DNA of 64,000 nucleotides from an uncultured Gammaproteobacteria bacterium (lineage in GTDB: Bacteria > Pseudomonadota > Gammaproteobacteria > Tenderiales > Tenderiaceae): the NCBI GenBank assembly GCA_965602225.1, contig CBFCYE010000012.1, positions 11,177 to 75,176 of the forward strand. Direction: 5' to 3'. Shown here in pieces: positions 1 through 13,135 of the stretch; position 1 is the first letter of the stretch; each line of letters starts with the position of its first letter. The notes under the pieces were generated by a model that worked only from the letters and a program-made list of their open reading frames with translations, was not told the DNA's origin and made no database searches. The translations under genes and the position numbers were made by a program.

Positions 1-2
1 GT

Positions 3-185
3 GTTTACATTGCGGGGGGCATCGCGCCTAAAATTCTGCATCGGCTTCAAAATGGTATCTTTATGGATACCTTTAATGCCAAGGGAAAAATGTCGCATCT
101 AATGCGAAATATTCCTGTAAAAGTTATCACCAATGCTGAAGTCGGTTTGATTGGCAGCCGTGTCTATGCCCAGCGCCTCACCTAA
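3..185 (+). CDS. glk: glucokinase, C-terminal fragment (5' end outside the window)
   Basis: Frame-3 translation ...GGIAPKILHRLQNGIFMDTFNAKGKMSHLMRNIPVKVITNAEVGLIGSRVYAQRLT* resembles the Glk C-terminus (GGGIAPRFLEFF...IPVYLI...GLLGSG), from memory. The stop codon TAA is at 183-185. Confidence 0.55.
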   Translation, partial: VYIAGGIAPKILHRLQNGIFMDTFNAKGKMSHLMRNIPVKVITNAEVGLIGSRVYAQRLT

Positions 186-222
186 AAACAATTAGACTAT
201 AAAATTATAGTCCGCTATATTT

Positions 223-2655
<2,433 letters not shown>

Positions 2656-2732
2656 CTAAAGTCTCTGATTTTATTAGAAAACAACGTGACAATAATGTAT
2701 CCCCGAACAACCAAAAGATTATACCCTGTTGC

Positions 2733-3821
2733 TTAAACGCCGTCTTCCCTTTCGGAAATAATACAACCATGTTCCACGTGAAACGTTTTCTTTTCAGGAT
2801 AGGCGGCTAACTGTAAAAGATTGCTATCTGTGGCCGTAACAAAGACCTGCCCGCCGATAGAATATAAAAGATCCATAAATAAATGGCGGTGCTGTAAATC
2901 AAGCTCTGAAGGTAGGTCATCAACCAATATTACGCAGCTTTCTTGTTTATATTGATTAAAGACACTTGCTTGAGCCAACAATAACGAACAAGCAGCCAGT
3001 TTTTGCTGGCCACCCGAAAGATATTCAGCAGCTGCCCTACCATCAATCTTCATTACTAAATCAGCCCTATGCGGACCTTTTTGCGTAAACCCCAATCGAA
3101 TATCACTTTCAATACTTGCTTTGAGCGCATCTTTAAAATTTTCACCCCGACGCCAGCCAGACTGGTAGCTAAACTCAACAGTTTCTATACCTAACAACTG
3201 TTTCATAAAACGCTGCGCCAGGCGAGTCAGGTTTTCTACATAGCTAACTCTAAACTGATTGAGTTTAAGTGCAGCATCAATGAGCTGTTCATCCCAACTA
3301 ACAAGCATGGCAGCTGATTTTTGTCTCAAAACAGCATTACGTTGTTGAAGAATTCTGTTGTAACGTTGCCAAACAGTAAGAAATTCGTGTTCCACGTGAA
3401 ACAAACCCCAATCAATAAAACGACGCCGTTGCCTAGGGCTGCCTTTTATAAGTTTGTCACCATCAGGAGAAATGAATAGCAAAGGTATTACGGATGCGAG
3501 TGTAGAACTCTTTTGTTCAAATTTTCCGTTAATTTTAGCGCGGAACTTCCCATCATTAATCTGAATACCAAGTGTATTACCCCCCCCTGACTGGGTTGCC
3601 GCTTTGGCAAAGACCGTGAGTGTTGGGTGATTATAGCTAACAATGCGCCGGCTATAGGCTGAACGGAAAGACTTTCCCCTACCCAACAGATAAATTGCTT
3701 CTAAAAGACTTGTCTTGCCACTGCCATTGGCGCCGAGTAATAAATTTAACCTTGGCGATGGCTCAATCTGGGCGGATTGAATATTGCGCAAGTTGTGAAT
3801 AGACAACAAGCTTAAACTCAT
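2733..3821 (-). CDS. recF: DNA replication and repair protein RecF
   Basis: It has a Walker A motif (GANGSGKTSLLEAI) and an SMC-like signature (LSGGQQKLAACSLLLAQ), and lies downstream of dnaN. The ORF could extend to 3833; the MSLSLLSIHNLRN start was chosen by analogy with E. coli RecF. Confidence 0.9.
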   Translation of the reverse strand: MSLSLLSIHNLRNIQSAQIEPSPRLNLLLGANGSGKTSLLEAIYLLGRGKSFRSAYSRRIVSYNHPTLTVFAKAATQSGGGNTLGIQINDGKFRAKINGKFEQKSSTLASVIPLLFISPDGDKLIKGSPRQRRRFIDWGLFHVEHEFLTVWQRYNRILQQRNAVLRQKSAAMLVSWDEQLIDAALKLNQFRVSYVENLTRLAQRFMKQLLGIETVEFSYQSGWRRGENFKDALKASIESDIRLGFTQKGPHRADLVMKIDGRAAAEYLSGGQQKLAACSLLLAQASVFNQYKQESCVILVDDLPSELDLQHRHLFMDLLYSIGGQVFVTATDSNLLQLAAYPEKKTFHVEHGCIISEREDGV

Positions 3822-3868
3822 TGCCAGATCCAAAAATTAAAAAAATAGTTGATACAGCGACAACTTGG

Positions 3869-4969
3869 TTAGAGCCTCATTGGCATAACGACATAACGTG
3901 AATCTTCAGACTCTGGTGATCTAATCAAACAACAACTGTTTTGGTCTGTTAGTTCAAGCTGAACATTTTCATCATGGAGTGCATTGAGGGCTTCTAGAAC
4001 ATAACTGGCATTAAAGCCAATTTCTAGACTTGGGCCGTCATAATCGACACTAATCTCTTCTTCGGCCTCTTCTTGTTCGGGGTTGTTAGCCATAACCTGA
4101 AGGCTGCCGGAAGAAAGGGTAAATCTGACACTACGATATTTTTCATTTGAAAGAATAGAGGCGCGGCTTAAAGCCTGGTGGATCGAGGTACGATTAGCGA
4201 CAACAATCTTGTCCCCACCCTGAGGCACTACACGTTGATAGTCAGGGAAACGGCCATCAATGAGTTTTGTAATAAAACTTAATTGACCTGTTGAAAGGCG
4301 AATATGGTTGCTGCCAAGTTCAATTTTTACTAATTCGTCGCTGCTTTCAAGCAGCCTGGATAGCTCCATAACTGCCTTACGAGGAATAATCACTTGTTGA
4401 AGTTCAGAAACACCCGTAGTGATTTTTTGGTCACATAGGGCTAGGCGATGGCCATCAGTTGCGACTACACGTATCAAATTGTCAGAAAATTCAAATAGTA
4501 AACCATTCAGGTAATAACGAACATCTTGCTGAGCCATAGCAAAATGAGTTTGATCAATGAGCATTTTTAACTGCGATTGAGGCATTTCAAAATCAAATAG
4601 TGATTCAAAGCTATCAATATTCGGAAATTCTGTTGCTGGCAGGGTTGATAACACAAAACGACTCTTACCTGATCGAATAGTGGCTCTTTCAGAGTCAACC
4701 TTGATAGTAAGCACCGCATCATTAGGCAGAGCCTTGCAAATATCAACAAACTTACGTGCTGGCAGGGTTGTTTCAGCTGAATCACTATTTTCTATGGCTA
4801 TCTGACTGATCATTTCAATTTCTAAGTCAGTAGCTGTTATTGATAATTGGTTATCAACGGTCTTAAGCAAGACATTGCCCAAAATAGGAAGTGTCTGTCT
4901 ACGCTCTACAACACCAATCACTTGTTGCAAAGGTTTTAACAGTAATTCACGTTCAATTTTGAGTTCCAT
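3869..4969 (-). CDS. dnaN: DNA polymerase III beta sliding clamp
   Basis: 366 aa. It aligns along its whole length with E. coli DnaN from memory (LLKPLQQV, PILGN, TATDLE, VMPMRL C-terminus). Confidence 0.97.
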   Translation of the reverse strand: MELKIERELLLKPLQQVIGVVERRQTLPILGNVLLKTVDNQLSITATDLEIEMISQIAIENSDSAETTLPARKFVDICKALPNDAVLTIKVDSERATIRSGKSRFVLSTLPATEFPNIDSFESLFDFEMPQSQLKMLIDQTHFAMAQQDVRYYLNGLLFEFSDNLIRVVATDGHRLALCDQKITTGVSELQQVIIPRKAVMELSRLLESSDELVKIELGSNHIRLSTGQLSFITKLIDGRFPDYQRVVPQGGDKIVVANRTSIHQALSRASILSNEKYRSVRFTLSSGSLQVMANNPEQEEAEEEISVDYDGPSLEIGFNASYVLEALNALHDENVQLELTDQNSCCLIRSPESEDSRYVVMPMRL

Positions 4970-5192
4970 GATTATCCCTAAGTATTAATATATATAAAAT
5001 AAGATCTTTTATTATTGTTGTTATTATAGAGCCTTAAAAACCTTAATAACTTGAAAAAACTTTTTTAAAACAATGTGTTAAAAAACTATCTAGACCATTT
5101 TACGTGCTTATAACCAGTAACTTTCCAGTTGTTATCGTGTGGATAAGTAGGCTAGTTATCCACAGGCAAATTTTATCCACAGTTTAAGAACA
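4970..5192. promoter_or_regulatory. dnaA-dnaN spacer with three perfect DnaA boxes and an AT-rich stretch that could be a DNA-unwinding element (candidate oriC or dnaN regulatory region)
   Basis: TGTGGATAA at 5138-5146, TTATCCACA at 5156-5164 and TTATCCACA at 5173-5181. The region 4980-5100 is AT-rich (ttaatatatataaaataagatcttttattattgttgttattatag...). Confidence 0.6.
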
Positions 5193-6575
5193 TTATGTTG
5201 TTAGGGTTCTTAACAGGTTTTGATAATCCTCACTAACACGTACGTCAGCATCACGTAACTCATTGATTTTCTTACAAGCATGCATGACTGTAGTGTGATC
5301 ACGACCACCAAATGCATCCCCTATCTCAGGAAGGCTATGATTGGTTAATTCCTTTGCCAAAGCCATTGCCAATTGTCTTGGTCTGGCAATAGAACGTGAG
5401 CGTTTTTTCGATAATAAGTCGGCAACACGAATTTTAAAATACTCAGCTACAGTTTTTTGAATATTTTCAATGGTGACCAGTTTATCCTGTGCAGAAAATA
5501 AATCACGTAAGGCGTCTTTAGCAAGGTCCATTGTAATTGGCTTGGCCATAAAACGAGCGTTAGCAATAACACGACGTAAAGCCCCTTCTAATTCACGGAC
5601 ATTCGATCGGATACGTTTGCCCATGAAAAAAGCAACCTCATGTGGCAACACTATTTTCATTTGTTGTGCTTTGTTCATTAAGATGGCGACGCGGGTTTCG
5701 AGCTCTGGTGGTTCAATGGCAACCGTTAGACCCCAGCCAAACCGGGACTTAAGCCGTTCTTCAAGGCCTTCAATTTCTTTAGGGTAGCGATCACAACTAA
5801 TGATGATTTGTTGATTGCCTTCCATCAGCGTATTGAACGTATGAAATAACTCTTCTTGAGAACGGCCTTTGCCAGCAAAAAACTGAATATCATCAATAAG
5901 TAAGGCGTCAACAGAGCGGTAATAGCGTTTAAAATCATCCATGGCGTTATGCTGCAAGGCTTTGACCATGTCAGCAACAAAACGCTCTGAATGGATATAG
6001 ATGATCTTTGCATCAGCTTTGTTTTTTTGAATCAGATTACCAACAGCATGCATCAAATGAGTTTTACCCAGCCCTACACCACCGTAAATAAACAGGGGGT
6101 TATAAGCGACGCCAGGGTTTTCACCTATTTGGGTGGAGGCTGCCTTCGCAATCTGGTTGGATTTACCTTCGACAAAAGTATCAAAAGTGAATTCATCACG
6201 CAGATTACTAATATATTGAATTGATTTTTTCTCGTCACGGCGCCTGAAGTTGATTGAATTTTCAGGGGTTTTTTCAGTTGAAGAAGAAACATTTACCGTC
6301 GATTTTGAAGCAGGCGCGCTAACCTTTTCTTTCGAACCAATCTCAAGTGTTACTTGATGGTCGTTGTTATTGCTTATCTGACCAACACTTTTCTGAATTG
6401 AGTCAAAGAATTTTTGCTTTACAAAATCGAGTACAAAACGGTTTGGTGCAAGCAAACGCAGGCGATCACCCTCTTCAATTGCTTGTAGAGGCCGAATCCA
6501 GGTGTTGAATTGCTGTGCATTGAGCTGTGTTTCAAGCTGTTCAAGACATTGCTGCCAAAGTGACATCTTTGCCAT
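5193..6575 (-). CDS. dnaA: chromosomal replication initiator DnaA
   Basis: 460 aa. It has AAA+ Walker A ([16 protein letters not shown]), Walker B (LLIDDIQFF) and the C-terminal DNA-binding domain ([11 protein letters not shown]). Confidence 0.97.
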   Translation of the reverse strand: MAKMSLWQQCLEQLETQLNAQQFNTWIRPLQAIEEGDRLRLLAPNRFVLDFVKQKFFDSIQKSVGQISNNNDHQVTLEIGSKEKVSAPASKSTVNVSSSTEKTPENSINFRRRDEKKSIQYISNLRDEFTFDTFVEGKSNQIAKAASTQIGENPGVAYNPLFIYGGVGLGKTHLMHAVGNLIQKNKADAKIIYIHSERFVADMVKALQHNAMDDFKRYYRSVDALLIDDIQFFAGKGRSQEELFHTFNTLMEGNQQIIISCDRYPKEIEGLEERLKSRFGWGLTVAIEPPELETRVAILMNKAQQMKIVLPHEVAFFMGKRIRSNVRELEGALRRVIANARFMAKPITMDLAKDALRDLFSAQDKLVTIENIQKTVAEYFKIRVADLLSKKRSRSIARPRQLAMALAKELTNHSLPEIGDAFGGRDHTTVMHACKKINELRDADVRVSEDYQNLLRTLTT

Positions 6576-6639
6576 ATACCTCGTGATGCCGCGTTTGTAC
6601 TGAAAATGAGACCGAGAAGTCTACCCGCCTTTTGCAAAG

Positions 6640-6648
6640 TTATCCACA
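6640..6648 (+). promoter_or_regulatory. single consensus DnaA box in the rpmH-dnaA intergenic region
   Basis: TTATCCACA matches the consensus exactly and lies upstream of the dnaA start (likely an autoregulatory site). Confidence 0.5.
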
Positions 6649-6786
6649 GCTGACAATATCTAATTTTTGAGATTTGGATTGACAGCAAAGGGGGATTACA
6701 GCTATTCTTCCGCGCTTTACCGCAGCCTACGGGCGACGGCCCATGCGGTATTAATTTGTGATCACAACAATTAGACGGATGTAACA

Positions 6787-6921
6787 ATGAAAAGAACATT
6801 TCAACCAAGTGTTATTAAGCGTAAGCGTGCGCACGGTTTTCGCTCTCGCATGGCTACTGCAAATGGTCGTAAGATCGTTAATGCTCGTCGTGCAAAAGGC
6901 CGTAAGCGCCTGACAGCTTAA
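6787..6921 (+). CDS. rpmH: 50S ribosomal protein L34
   Basis: 44 aa, [44 protein letters not shown]. It is too short to appear in the ORF track. Confidence 0.97.
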   Translation: MKRTFQPSVIKRKRAHGFRSRMATANGRKIVNARRAKGRKRLTA

Positions 6922-6941
6922 CTCAAGAGGCTTTTGTCGTC

Positions 6942-7304
6942 TTGAAAGCCCGCGAAGTGGGGTTTACAGAAAACCTCAGAATGAAAACCGCGGGCGAATT
7001 TGACTTTGTTTTTGCAAGGCCGTGTCGTTCAGCTAACCGCTGCTTCACGGCCTTGGCACGATCTAATCAGCGTCCTTACCCGCGACTTGGTTTAATAATT
7101 TCAAAGAAATGCGCCAAGTCAGCAGTAAAGCGAAATAGACTTAAACGTTTAATTAGAGAAAGTTTTCGCCACTCGCAACAAAAATTGGCAGGTCTCGATA
7201 TTGTTGTTATTGGTAAAAACGTTGCTGTTGCCAAAACAAGTCAGGAATTATTCACACTACTTAATAAGCAATGGATGGAACTGGAACGATGCAAAGAATC
7301 TTGA
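6942..7304 (+). CDS. rnpA: ribonuclease P protein component
   Basis: 120 aa and basic. The RnpA-like motif KKNVAVAKTRNRLKRLIRESFR fits, and it follows rpmH. Confidence 0.9.
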   Translation: MKAREVGFTENLRMKTAGEFDFVFARPCRSANRCFTALARSNQRPYPRLGLIISKKCAKSAVKRNRLKRLIRESFRHSQQKLAGLDIVVIGKNVAVAKTSQELFTLLNKQWMELERCKES

Positions 7305-7564
7305 TTCTTTTTGTTCGAGCTTACCGTACCCTGCTTAGCCCCTTTCTAGGTAATAATTGTCGTTTTTACCCTAGCTGTTCCTGTTATGCCGAGACGGCAC
7401 TTAGTCGTCATGGAGCATTTGTTGGCAGTTGGTTGACGATTAAACGCATCATGCGTTGCCACCCTTGGCACCCAGGCGGTGTCGATGAGGTGCCAGAACA
7501 TTCGCGGCATAAATGCCAAACCCTTAAGAACAACTCAATAAGCATGAAGAATAATCATGGATAA
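7289..7564 (+). CDS. yidD: membrane protein insertion efficiency factor YidD
   Basis: MQRILILFVRAYRTLLSPFLGNNCRFYPSCSCYAETAL matches the YidD signature. The ORF could start at 7271. Confidence 0.9.
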   Translation: MQRILILFVRAYRTLLSPFLGNNCRFYPSCSCYAETALSRHGAFVGSWLTIKRIMRCHPWHPGGVDEVPEHSRHKCQTLKNNSISMKNNHG

Positions 7565-9248
7565 TCAGCGTCTTATACTATTTTTAGCTCTATCATTTAT
7601 TCTCTTCATAGGCTGGGAAGCCTGGCAGGAGGACTATGTCTCTAAGCCAGTAGCAATCAATGGCAATACTGCTGAGATGGCGGCCCCGGCCACTCAGGCA
7701 CTGGCAACAGCCAGCGACGTGCCGTTAGCGCAGCAGACTCAACTGGATGGATCTGTCAAAGCAGATACGCCGCAAGTACAGGCTACCGGTATCGAGGCTA
7801 GTGCTTCCAGTCAACGTATTCATGTTGTGACAGACACCCTGGATGTCTTCATTGATACCCGCGGTGGTGACATCCGTCAGGTTGATTTGCTGAACTACCC
7901 GACCGCCAGCGATATGCCAGACGAGCCGTTCCGCCTGATGAGGGAGTCGTTACCAAACCTATTCGTGGCCCAGAGTGGTTTGCTGTCTGACAATAATGCC
8001 CCAGATCATTACGCCATCTTTACTGCAGAAAAGACTAACTATGAATTGCAAGTGGGTCAGGACGAACTGCGCATTCCACTGACCTGGCAGGATGACAGCG
8101 GCATCAAAGTCACCAAGACCATCATCTTTCATCGTGGCCAGCACGTTATCGATATTGAACAAAAGATTGATAACGGTTCAGCCGCCGAATGGCAAGGTCG
8201 TCAATATCGCCAACTGCAACGTAGTCGCCCAGATGGTAGTGGTGAGTCAGCCTTTATCTATACCTACACCGGTGGTGTGATTTACAGCCAAGAAGAGCAT
8301 TACGAAAAGATTGATTTTGATGACATGGAAGATGCAAATCTAAGCCGTGATATCAAGGGTGGCTGGGCTGCAATAATTCAGCATTATTTTCTCGGTGGCA
8401 TCATTCCACCAAAGGATGAGACCAATCATTTCTACACTAAGGCTGCTGGCGATGATCGTTTTGTACTTGGCCTGGTCTCACCCAGCAAGACGGTTAATGC
8501 TGGTCAGATAGAGACATTTACCACCAGTTTTTATGTTGGCCCGAAAGACCAGGCTGTGCTGGAAGCGATGGGTGACAACCTGGATCTGACCGTCGACTAT
8601 GGCATCTTGAGTGTCATTGCCAAACCCATGTTCTGGGTGTTGAGCTGGTTCCACTCTTTGTTTGGCAACTGGGGTTGGGCAATCCTGATGGTCACCCTGA
8701 TCATCAAATTATTCTTCTACCCACTGTCGGCCGCCAGTTATCGTTCCATGGCCAACATGCGTAAATTCGCACCGAAGATGGCGCAACTGAAAGAACGTTA
8801 TGGTGATGACCGTCAAAAGATGAGTCAGGCGATGATGGAGTTGTATAAGAAAGAAAAGATCAACCCTCTTGGCGGTTGTTTGCCAATGATGGTTCAGATT
8901 CCTGTCTTTATCGCACTCTACTGGGTATTGCTGGAATCAGTTGAAATGCGCCAGGCACCATTTATATTCTGGATTACTGACCTGTCGATCAAAGATCCAT
9001 ACTATATACTGCCATTGGTAATGGGTGCGAGTATGTTCGTGCAGCAGAAGTTGAACCCTGCGCCACCTGATCCAGTTCAGGCCAAAGTGATGATGGCGTT
9101 GCCTGTTATCTTCACCCTGTTCTTTGCCTTCTTCCCTGCGGGTCTAGTGTTGTACTGGTGTGCTAACAGTATCTTGTCAGTGGCACAACAGTGGTACATC
9201 ACTGCCAAGATCGATAAGGCAGCGGCATTAGAAACGCCAAATAAATAA
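7557..9248 (+). CDS. yidC: membrane protein insertase YidC
   Basis: 563 aa with a large periplasmic domain and the conserved C-terminal TM core ([36 protein letters not shown]). Confidence 0.96.
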   Translation: MDNQRLILFLALSFILFIGWEAWQEDYVSKPVAINGNTAEMAAPATQALATASDVPLAQQTQLDGSVKADTPQVQATGIEASASSQRIHVVTDTLDVFIDTRGGDIRQVDLLNYPTASDMPDEPFRLMRESLPNLFVAQSGLLSDNNAPDHYAIFTAEKTNYELQVGQDELRIPLTWQDDSGIKVTKTIIFHRGQHVIDIEQKIDNGSAAEWQGRQYRQLQRSRPDGSGESAFIYTYTGGVIYSQEEHYEKIDFDDMEDANLSRDIKGGWAAIIQHYFLGGIIPPKDETNHFYTKAAGDDRFVLGLVSPSKTVNAGQIETFTTSFYVGPKDQAVLEAMGDNLDLTVDYGILSVIAKPMFWVLSWFHSLFGNWGWAILMVTLIIKLFFYPLSAASYRSMANMRKFAPKMAQLKERYGDDRQKMSQAMMELYKKEKINPLGGCLPMMVQIPVFIALYWVLLESVEMRQAPFIFWITDLSIKDPYYILPLVMGASMFVQQKLNPAPPDPVQAKVMMALPVIFTLFFAFFPAGLVLYWCANSILSVAQQWYITAKIDKAAALETPNK

Positions 9249-9250
9249 AA

Positions 9251-9279
9251 CAAGGGCACCTTCGGGTGCCCTTTTCATT
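9251..9279 (+). terminator. rho-independent terminator after yidC
   Basis: GGGCACC-TTCG-GGTGCCC hairpin followed by a TTTT tract. Confidence 0.75.
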
Positions 9280-9286
9280 TCAGACT

Positions 9287-10639
9287 ATGAACATAAAAAA
9301 CGACACCATCGCAGCCATTGCAACACCACCCGGTCGAGGCGGTGTTGGCATCGTACGAGTATCAGGCCCCAAGGTAAAACAGATTGCCGAGGCGGTACTG
9401 GCTGAATGCCCTGCCCCGCGCGATGCCCGCTATCTCCCGTTTAAAGATTCAAACGATAGCGTGCTGGATCAAGGTATTGCCTTGTTCTTTAAGGCGCCTA
9501 ATTCATTTACCGGTGAAGATGTACTCGAGCTGCAAGGCCATGGTGGGCCGGTGGTGTTGGATATGTTGTTATCCCGTGTCGTTGAATTGGGAGCGCGGCT
9601 GGCGCAACCGGGTGAGTTTTCAGAGCGCGCATTCTTAAACGACAAACTTGATCTGGCCCAGGCCGAAGCGATTGCCGACCTGATTGATAGTTCATCGGTT
9701 GAAGCGGCCCGCTCCGCGCTGCGTTCACTGCAAGGTGAATTTTCGCAACGGATTCATAGTTTGGTGGATGCGATGATTAAACTACGTATCTATGTTGAGG
9801 CTGCCATAGACTTTCCCGAAGAAGAAATAAACTTCCTTGCCGACAGCGCGATCACCGATCAACTCAAAACTATCATTGATGAATTGAACAATATCCTCGC
9901 CCAGGCCGAGCAAGGCTGTTTGCTGCGCGAAGGTATGAATGTGGTTATTGCCGGTCAACCTAACGCTGGCAAGTCGAGCCTGTTGAATAAACTGGCGCAA
10001 CGGGAGTTGGCGATTGTCACTGAGATTGCCGGTACCACCCGCGATACCCTGCGACACGAAATCAGTATTGATGGCCTACCGGTACACATCATCGACACCG
10101 CCGGTCTGCGTGAAAGTACAGATACTGTGGAACAGATTGGTATTCAACGTGCCTGGTCAGAAATAGAACAAGCCGATAGAATTTTATTGTTGATTAATGA
10201 TGCCGATGGCATCACCGCGGCTGACCAAACCATCATCGACAAACTGCCGCAAAACATTGCTGTCAGCGTGGTGCGTAATAAGATTGATGTCAGTAATCAA
10301 CAAGCCAGTGTCAAAGATGGTTCACTGGGTAAAGAGATTGCCCTCTCCGCCAAAACTGGCGAAGGTCTTGAATTGTTAACCCAGCATTTGAAACAGTGTG
10401 TCGGTTATCAAAATGCAGGGGAAGGTAGTTTCATGGCGCGCCGCCGTCATGTTGATGCACTGCAACGAGGTTTGGAGTTTGTGCTGCATGGCCAGCAAGA
10501 ACTTGAACTACATCAAGCCGGTGAACTATTGGCCGAAGACCTGCGTCTGGGGCAGGAAGCCCTGAATGAAATCACCGGTGAATTTGGTTCCGATGATTTG
10601 TTGGGCAGAATCTTTAGTTCATTTTGTATAGGCAAGTAA
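9287..10639 (+). CDS. mnmE: tRNA modification GTPase MnmE (TrmE)
   Basis: [28 protein letters not shown]-terminus, G domain ([23 protein letters not shown]) and the C-terminal CIGK motif. The ORF track starts at 9266 with GTG, but the ATG at 9287 matches the E. coli start. Confidence 0.96.
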   Translation: MNIKNDTIAAIATPPGRGGVGIVRVSGPKVKQIAEAVLAECPAPRDARYLPFKDSNDSVLDQGIALFFKAPNSFTGEDVLELQGHGGPVVLDMLLSRVVELGARLAQPGEFSERAFLNDKLDLAQAEAIADLIDSSSVEAARSALRSLQGEFSQRIHSLVDAMIKLRIYVEAAIDFPEEEINFLADSAITDQLKTIIDELNNILAQAEQGCLLREGMNVVIAGQPNAGKSSLLNKLAQRELAIVTEIAGTTRDTLRHEISIDGLPVHIIDTAGLRESTDTVEQIGIQRAWSEIEQADRILLLINDADGITAADQTIIDKLPQNIAVSVVRNKIDVSNQQASVKDGSLGKEIALSAKTGEGLELLTQHLKQCVGYQNAGEGSFMARRRHVDALQRGLEFVLHGQQELELHQAGELLAEDLRLGQEALNEITGEFGSDDLLGRIFSSFCIGK

Positions 10640-10910
10640 TTAGCTCTTAACAACAAAATTTAAAGCCGATAGTTCTCCCCGAACTTTTTAGCCTGCTTTA
10701 ATCAGCTGCAACTCTCTAACATCTTCATTTTCCCATCGCGTTAAAACGCAGTTTATTTATGGCTTATAACAGTCATAAAAAATACATCAGTCTATTCGTT
10801 GACAACAGTTTGAACTGGACTAATGTTTTTAAACCGGTTCTAAATTTTATAGCGAGGCCGTAACAAAAAAGCAGGGAAACCATTCACATAATTTAAAGGA
10901 GGAATCTTTT

Positions 10911-11927
10911 ATGAAAAATATTTCTAGACGAGAATTCCTGGGGATGACATTAAAAACCAGTGCAGCAACTATGTTCGCCGGTGTATTTGCACCAACCGCG
11001 ACCAGCGTGATGGGCTTGGGTGGCGTCGCCCAAGCAGCAACAAAAAAGATAAAACCTTTTACTTTCGCGGTTCTCAGTGATGCACATCTATACGATATTC
11101 CCAATCATAAATTCGATGCGATTCTGGAAAAAGGTGTTGCAGACATAAACAGTCTTAAGCCGCGACCCGATTTTGTCTTGTATGGTGGAGACCTTGGTCA
11201 GTCAGGTAAAGAAGCAGAACTGGTAAAAGGCAAAAAGATTCTCGACAAGTTAAAGGTGCCCTATAAGATAATCCTCGGTGAGCACGACTATTACCTCGAT
11301 ATGGGTAAAGCCTGGCGGAAACTGTTTGGTGATGAACACTGGTCCTTTGATCATAATGGTTCTCACATCATTGGCATGAACTCCATCCTGGTTGACGATT
11401 TCTGGACCATGGCAAGCTTGACTCCGAAAGAGCGCATGGGACGAATGGAAGAGCTGGAATGTCATCGTTGCGGCCTATGGGGTGTGCATGAAAAACAACT
11501 GGACTGGTTAGAAAAAGACGTTAAAAAACTTAGACCAGATACTCCCATCATCATCATGACTCACTCACCATTGTGGGACTATTATCCACGTTGGAATTTT
11601 CAAACACTGGACGCACCAGAGATCCGTATGATCTTGCGCAAGTTTGAAAAAGTGATGGCAATACATGGTCACGTTCACCAGGTGGTATACAACTCAATCG
11701 GCAATATTAACTCAGCCGGTTTGCTGTCAACATCTTGGCCGTGGCCCTATCCGCCAACCGAACTACCCTATCCCAATATCAAGATGAATCGCGCTGACCC
11801 TGGTGATTTCGAAGATGGTCTCGGAAGTCATAAGATAGATGTGCAATCAAACTTCGACGGTGCAATCAACTACCGGGCATTCTCTGATTTGTTACCAGAA
11901 AATGTTAAGCGCGGTGTCAAACTATAA
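10911..11927 (+). CDS. Tat-exported calcineurin-like metallophosphoesterase
   Basis: It has a twin-arginine signal (SRREFLGMTLKTSAATMFAG...AQA). The metallophosphatase motifs are LSDAHL, GGDLG, GEHD and HGHVHQ. Confidence 0.75.
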   Translation: MKNISRREFLGMTLKTSAATMFAGVFAPTATSVMGLGGVAQAATKKIKPFTFAVLSDAHLYDIPNHKFDAILEKGVADINSLKPRPDFVLYGGDLGQSGKEAELVKGKKILDKLKVPYKIILGEHDYYLDMGKAWRKLFGDEHWSFDHNGSHIIGMNSILVDDFWTMASLTPKERMGRMEELECHRCGLWGVHEKQLDWLEKDVKKLRPDTPIIIMTHSPLWDYYPRWNFQTLDAPEIRMILRKFEKVMAIHGHVHQVVYNSIGNINSAGLLSTSWPWPYPPTELPYPNIKMNRADPGDFEDGLGSHKIDVQSNFDGAINYRAFSDLLPENVKRGVKL

Positions 11928-11943
11928 ACCTGGGAGCAGATCA

Positions 11944-12441
11944 ATGAATATCAATCATAAATTTCAAACCTTGAAGCTCACAGCTCTAAGTGTCGTTGCC
12001 ATAAGCACACTACTCGTTGTTGGTGATGTGTATGCAAAAAAACCGTTTACTGCCGCAGAAAAAGAAGATCAGATGAATTTGTTGATGGCGGCAGTAAAGA
12101 GAGGTGATGACCTATGGCATAACCCTGGGCTTGGCAGTAACGGCCTGGCTTGCGGTAATTGTCATCCTGATGGATCAGCAACCAACCCGCATACCTGGCC
12201 CAAATATCAAACAAATTTGGGAAAAGTAGGAACACTGCGTGAAATGATTAACTGGTGCATAGCCGTGCCCTTGGTTGGCAAACCATTGGCGACAGATAGT
12301 GAAGACATGATTGCCATGGAAGCCTACACCATGTACACCCATCGTGGTGTTGCCATTTCGCCAGCCAAAGATGAGCAACACGGCGCAGTGCCAGTGAAAA
12401 GTGGTGCGGGGTATCCTAATGCCGACAGTGGCAATCGTTAA
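11944..12441 (+). CDS. periplasmic monoheme c-type cytochrome (SoxAX / di-heme peroxidase C-domain-like)
   Basis: It has a signal peptide (MNINHKFQTLKLTALSVVAISTLLVVGDVYA) and a single CXXCH site (LACGNCHPDG). The downstream INWC...SEDMIAMEAYTMY motif resembles the SoxA/CCP family. The start was chosen at the ATG after a GGGAG RBS; the longer ORF from 11839 overlaps the upstream gene. Confidence 0.65.
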   Translation: MNINHKFQTLKLTALSVVAISTLLVVGDVYAKKPFTAAEKEDQMNLLMAAVKRGDDLWHNPGLGSNGLACGNCHPDGSATNPHTWPKYQTNLGKVGTLREMINWCIAVPLVGKPLATDSEDMIAMEAYTMYTHRGVAISPAKDEQHGAVPVKSGAGYPNADSGNR

Positions 12442-12499
12442 CAGGGTTGCCGTTTTACTGATAGACAAAAACTAATCGGCTAATAAAAAGGAGCCTACG

Positions 12500-13051
12500 A
12501 TGTTAAAAAAAATCTTGGCAATGATCAGTGTAGTGTTGATTACGATGACAAGCAGCTGGGCGGCAACTTGTCGCACCGAATTATTGACACAGTCTACCCC
12601 AACGAGTCAGTTTGTAACTGTTGGTGAGATAGTGACAGATGAGGCCACTACTCTTTCCTGGATGCGTTGTGCTGTTGGACAAAACTGGGATGGAAAAAAT
12701 TGTAACGGCGAAGCGATAACATTGGATTGGCAAGCGGCGATGGCTCTGGTGAATGAAATAAATGATCAAGGTGTTGCTGGTTACCATGACTGGCGTATGC
12801 CTATGGTTCCTGAGTTGGCTTCCATCGTTGAACGCCAATGTTTTAATCCAAGAATGAACACCACTGTATTTCCAGGTGCTCCATCAAAAGTTTTTTGGAG
12901 CAGCATGGAAAAGATGGGAACAGAGAATTATGCATACACGCTGAACTTTGGCGCTGGTGAAGCATTAGCCACAACAAAGGATCATCAAGGTGCCGTTAGA
13001 TTGGTTCGTGGTGGCCCTTGGTGGCAACCACCAATGATGTCGCAGCAATAA
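12500..13051 (+). CDS. secreted DUF1566 (Lcl C-terminal domain-like) protein
   Basis: It has a signal peptide (MLKKILAMISVVLITMTSSWA). The motif WRMPMVPELASIV...VFWSS resembles the DUF1566 signature, from memory. Confidence 0.45.
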   Translation: MLKKILAMISVVLITMTSSWAATCRTELLTQSTPTSQFVTVGEIVTDEATTLSWMRCAVGQNWDGKNCNGEAITLDWQAAMALVNEINDQGVAGYHDWRMPMVPELASIVERQCFNPRMNTTVFPGAPSKVFWSSMEKMGTENYAYTLNFGAGEALATTKDHQGAVRLVRGGPWWQPPMMSQQ

Positions 13052-13135
13052 ACGTAATAGCTTTAAACATCACAAAAAAGCCACCTTGGTTATCCGAGGT
13101 GGCTTTTTTATATTTTAATTTTAGGCGATGAGAAT

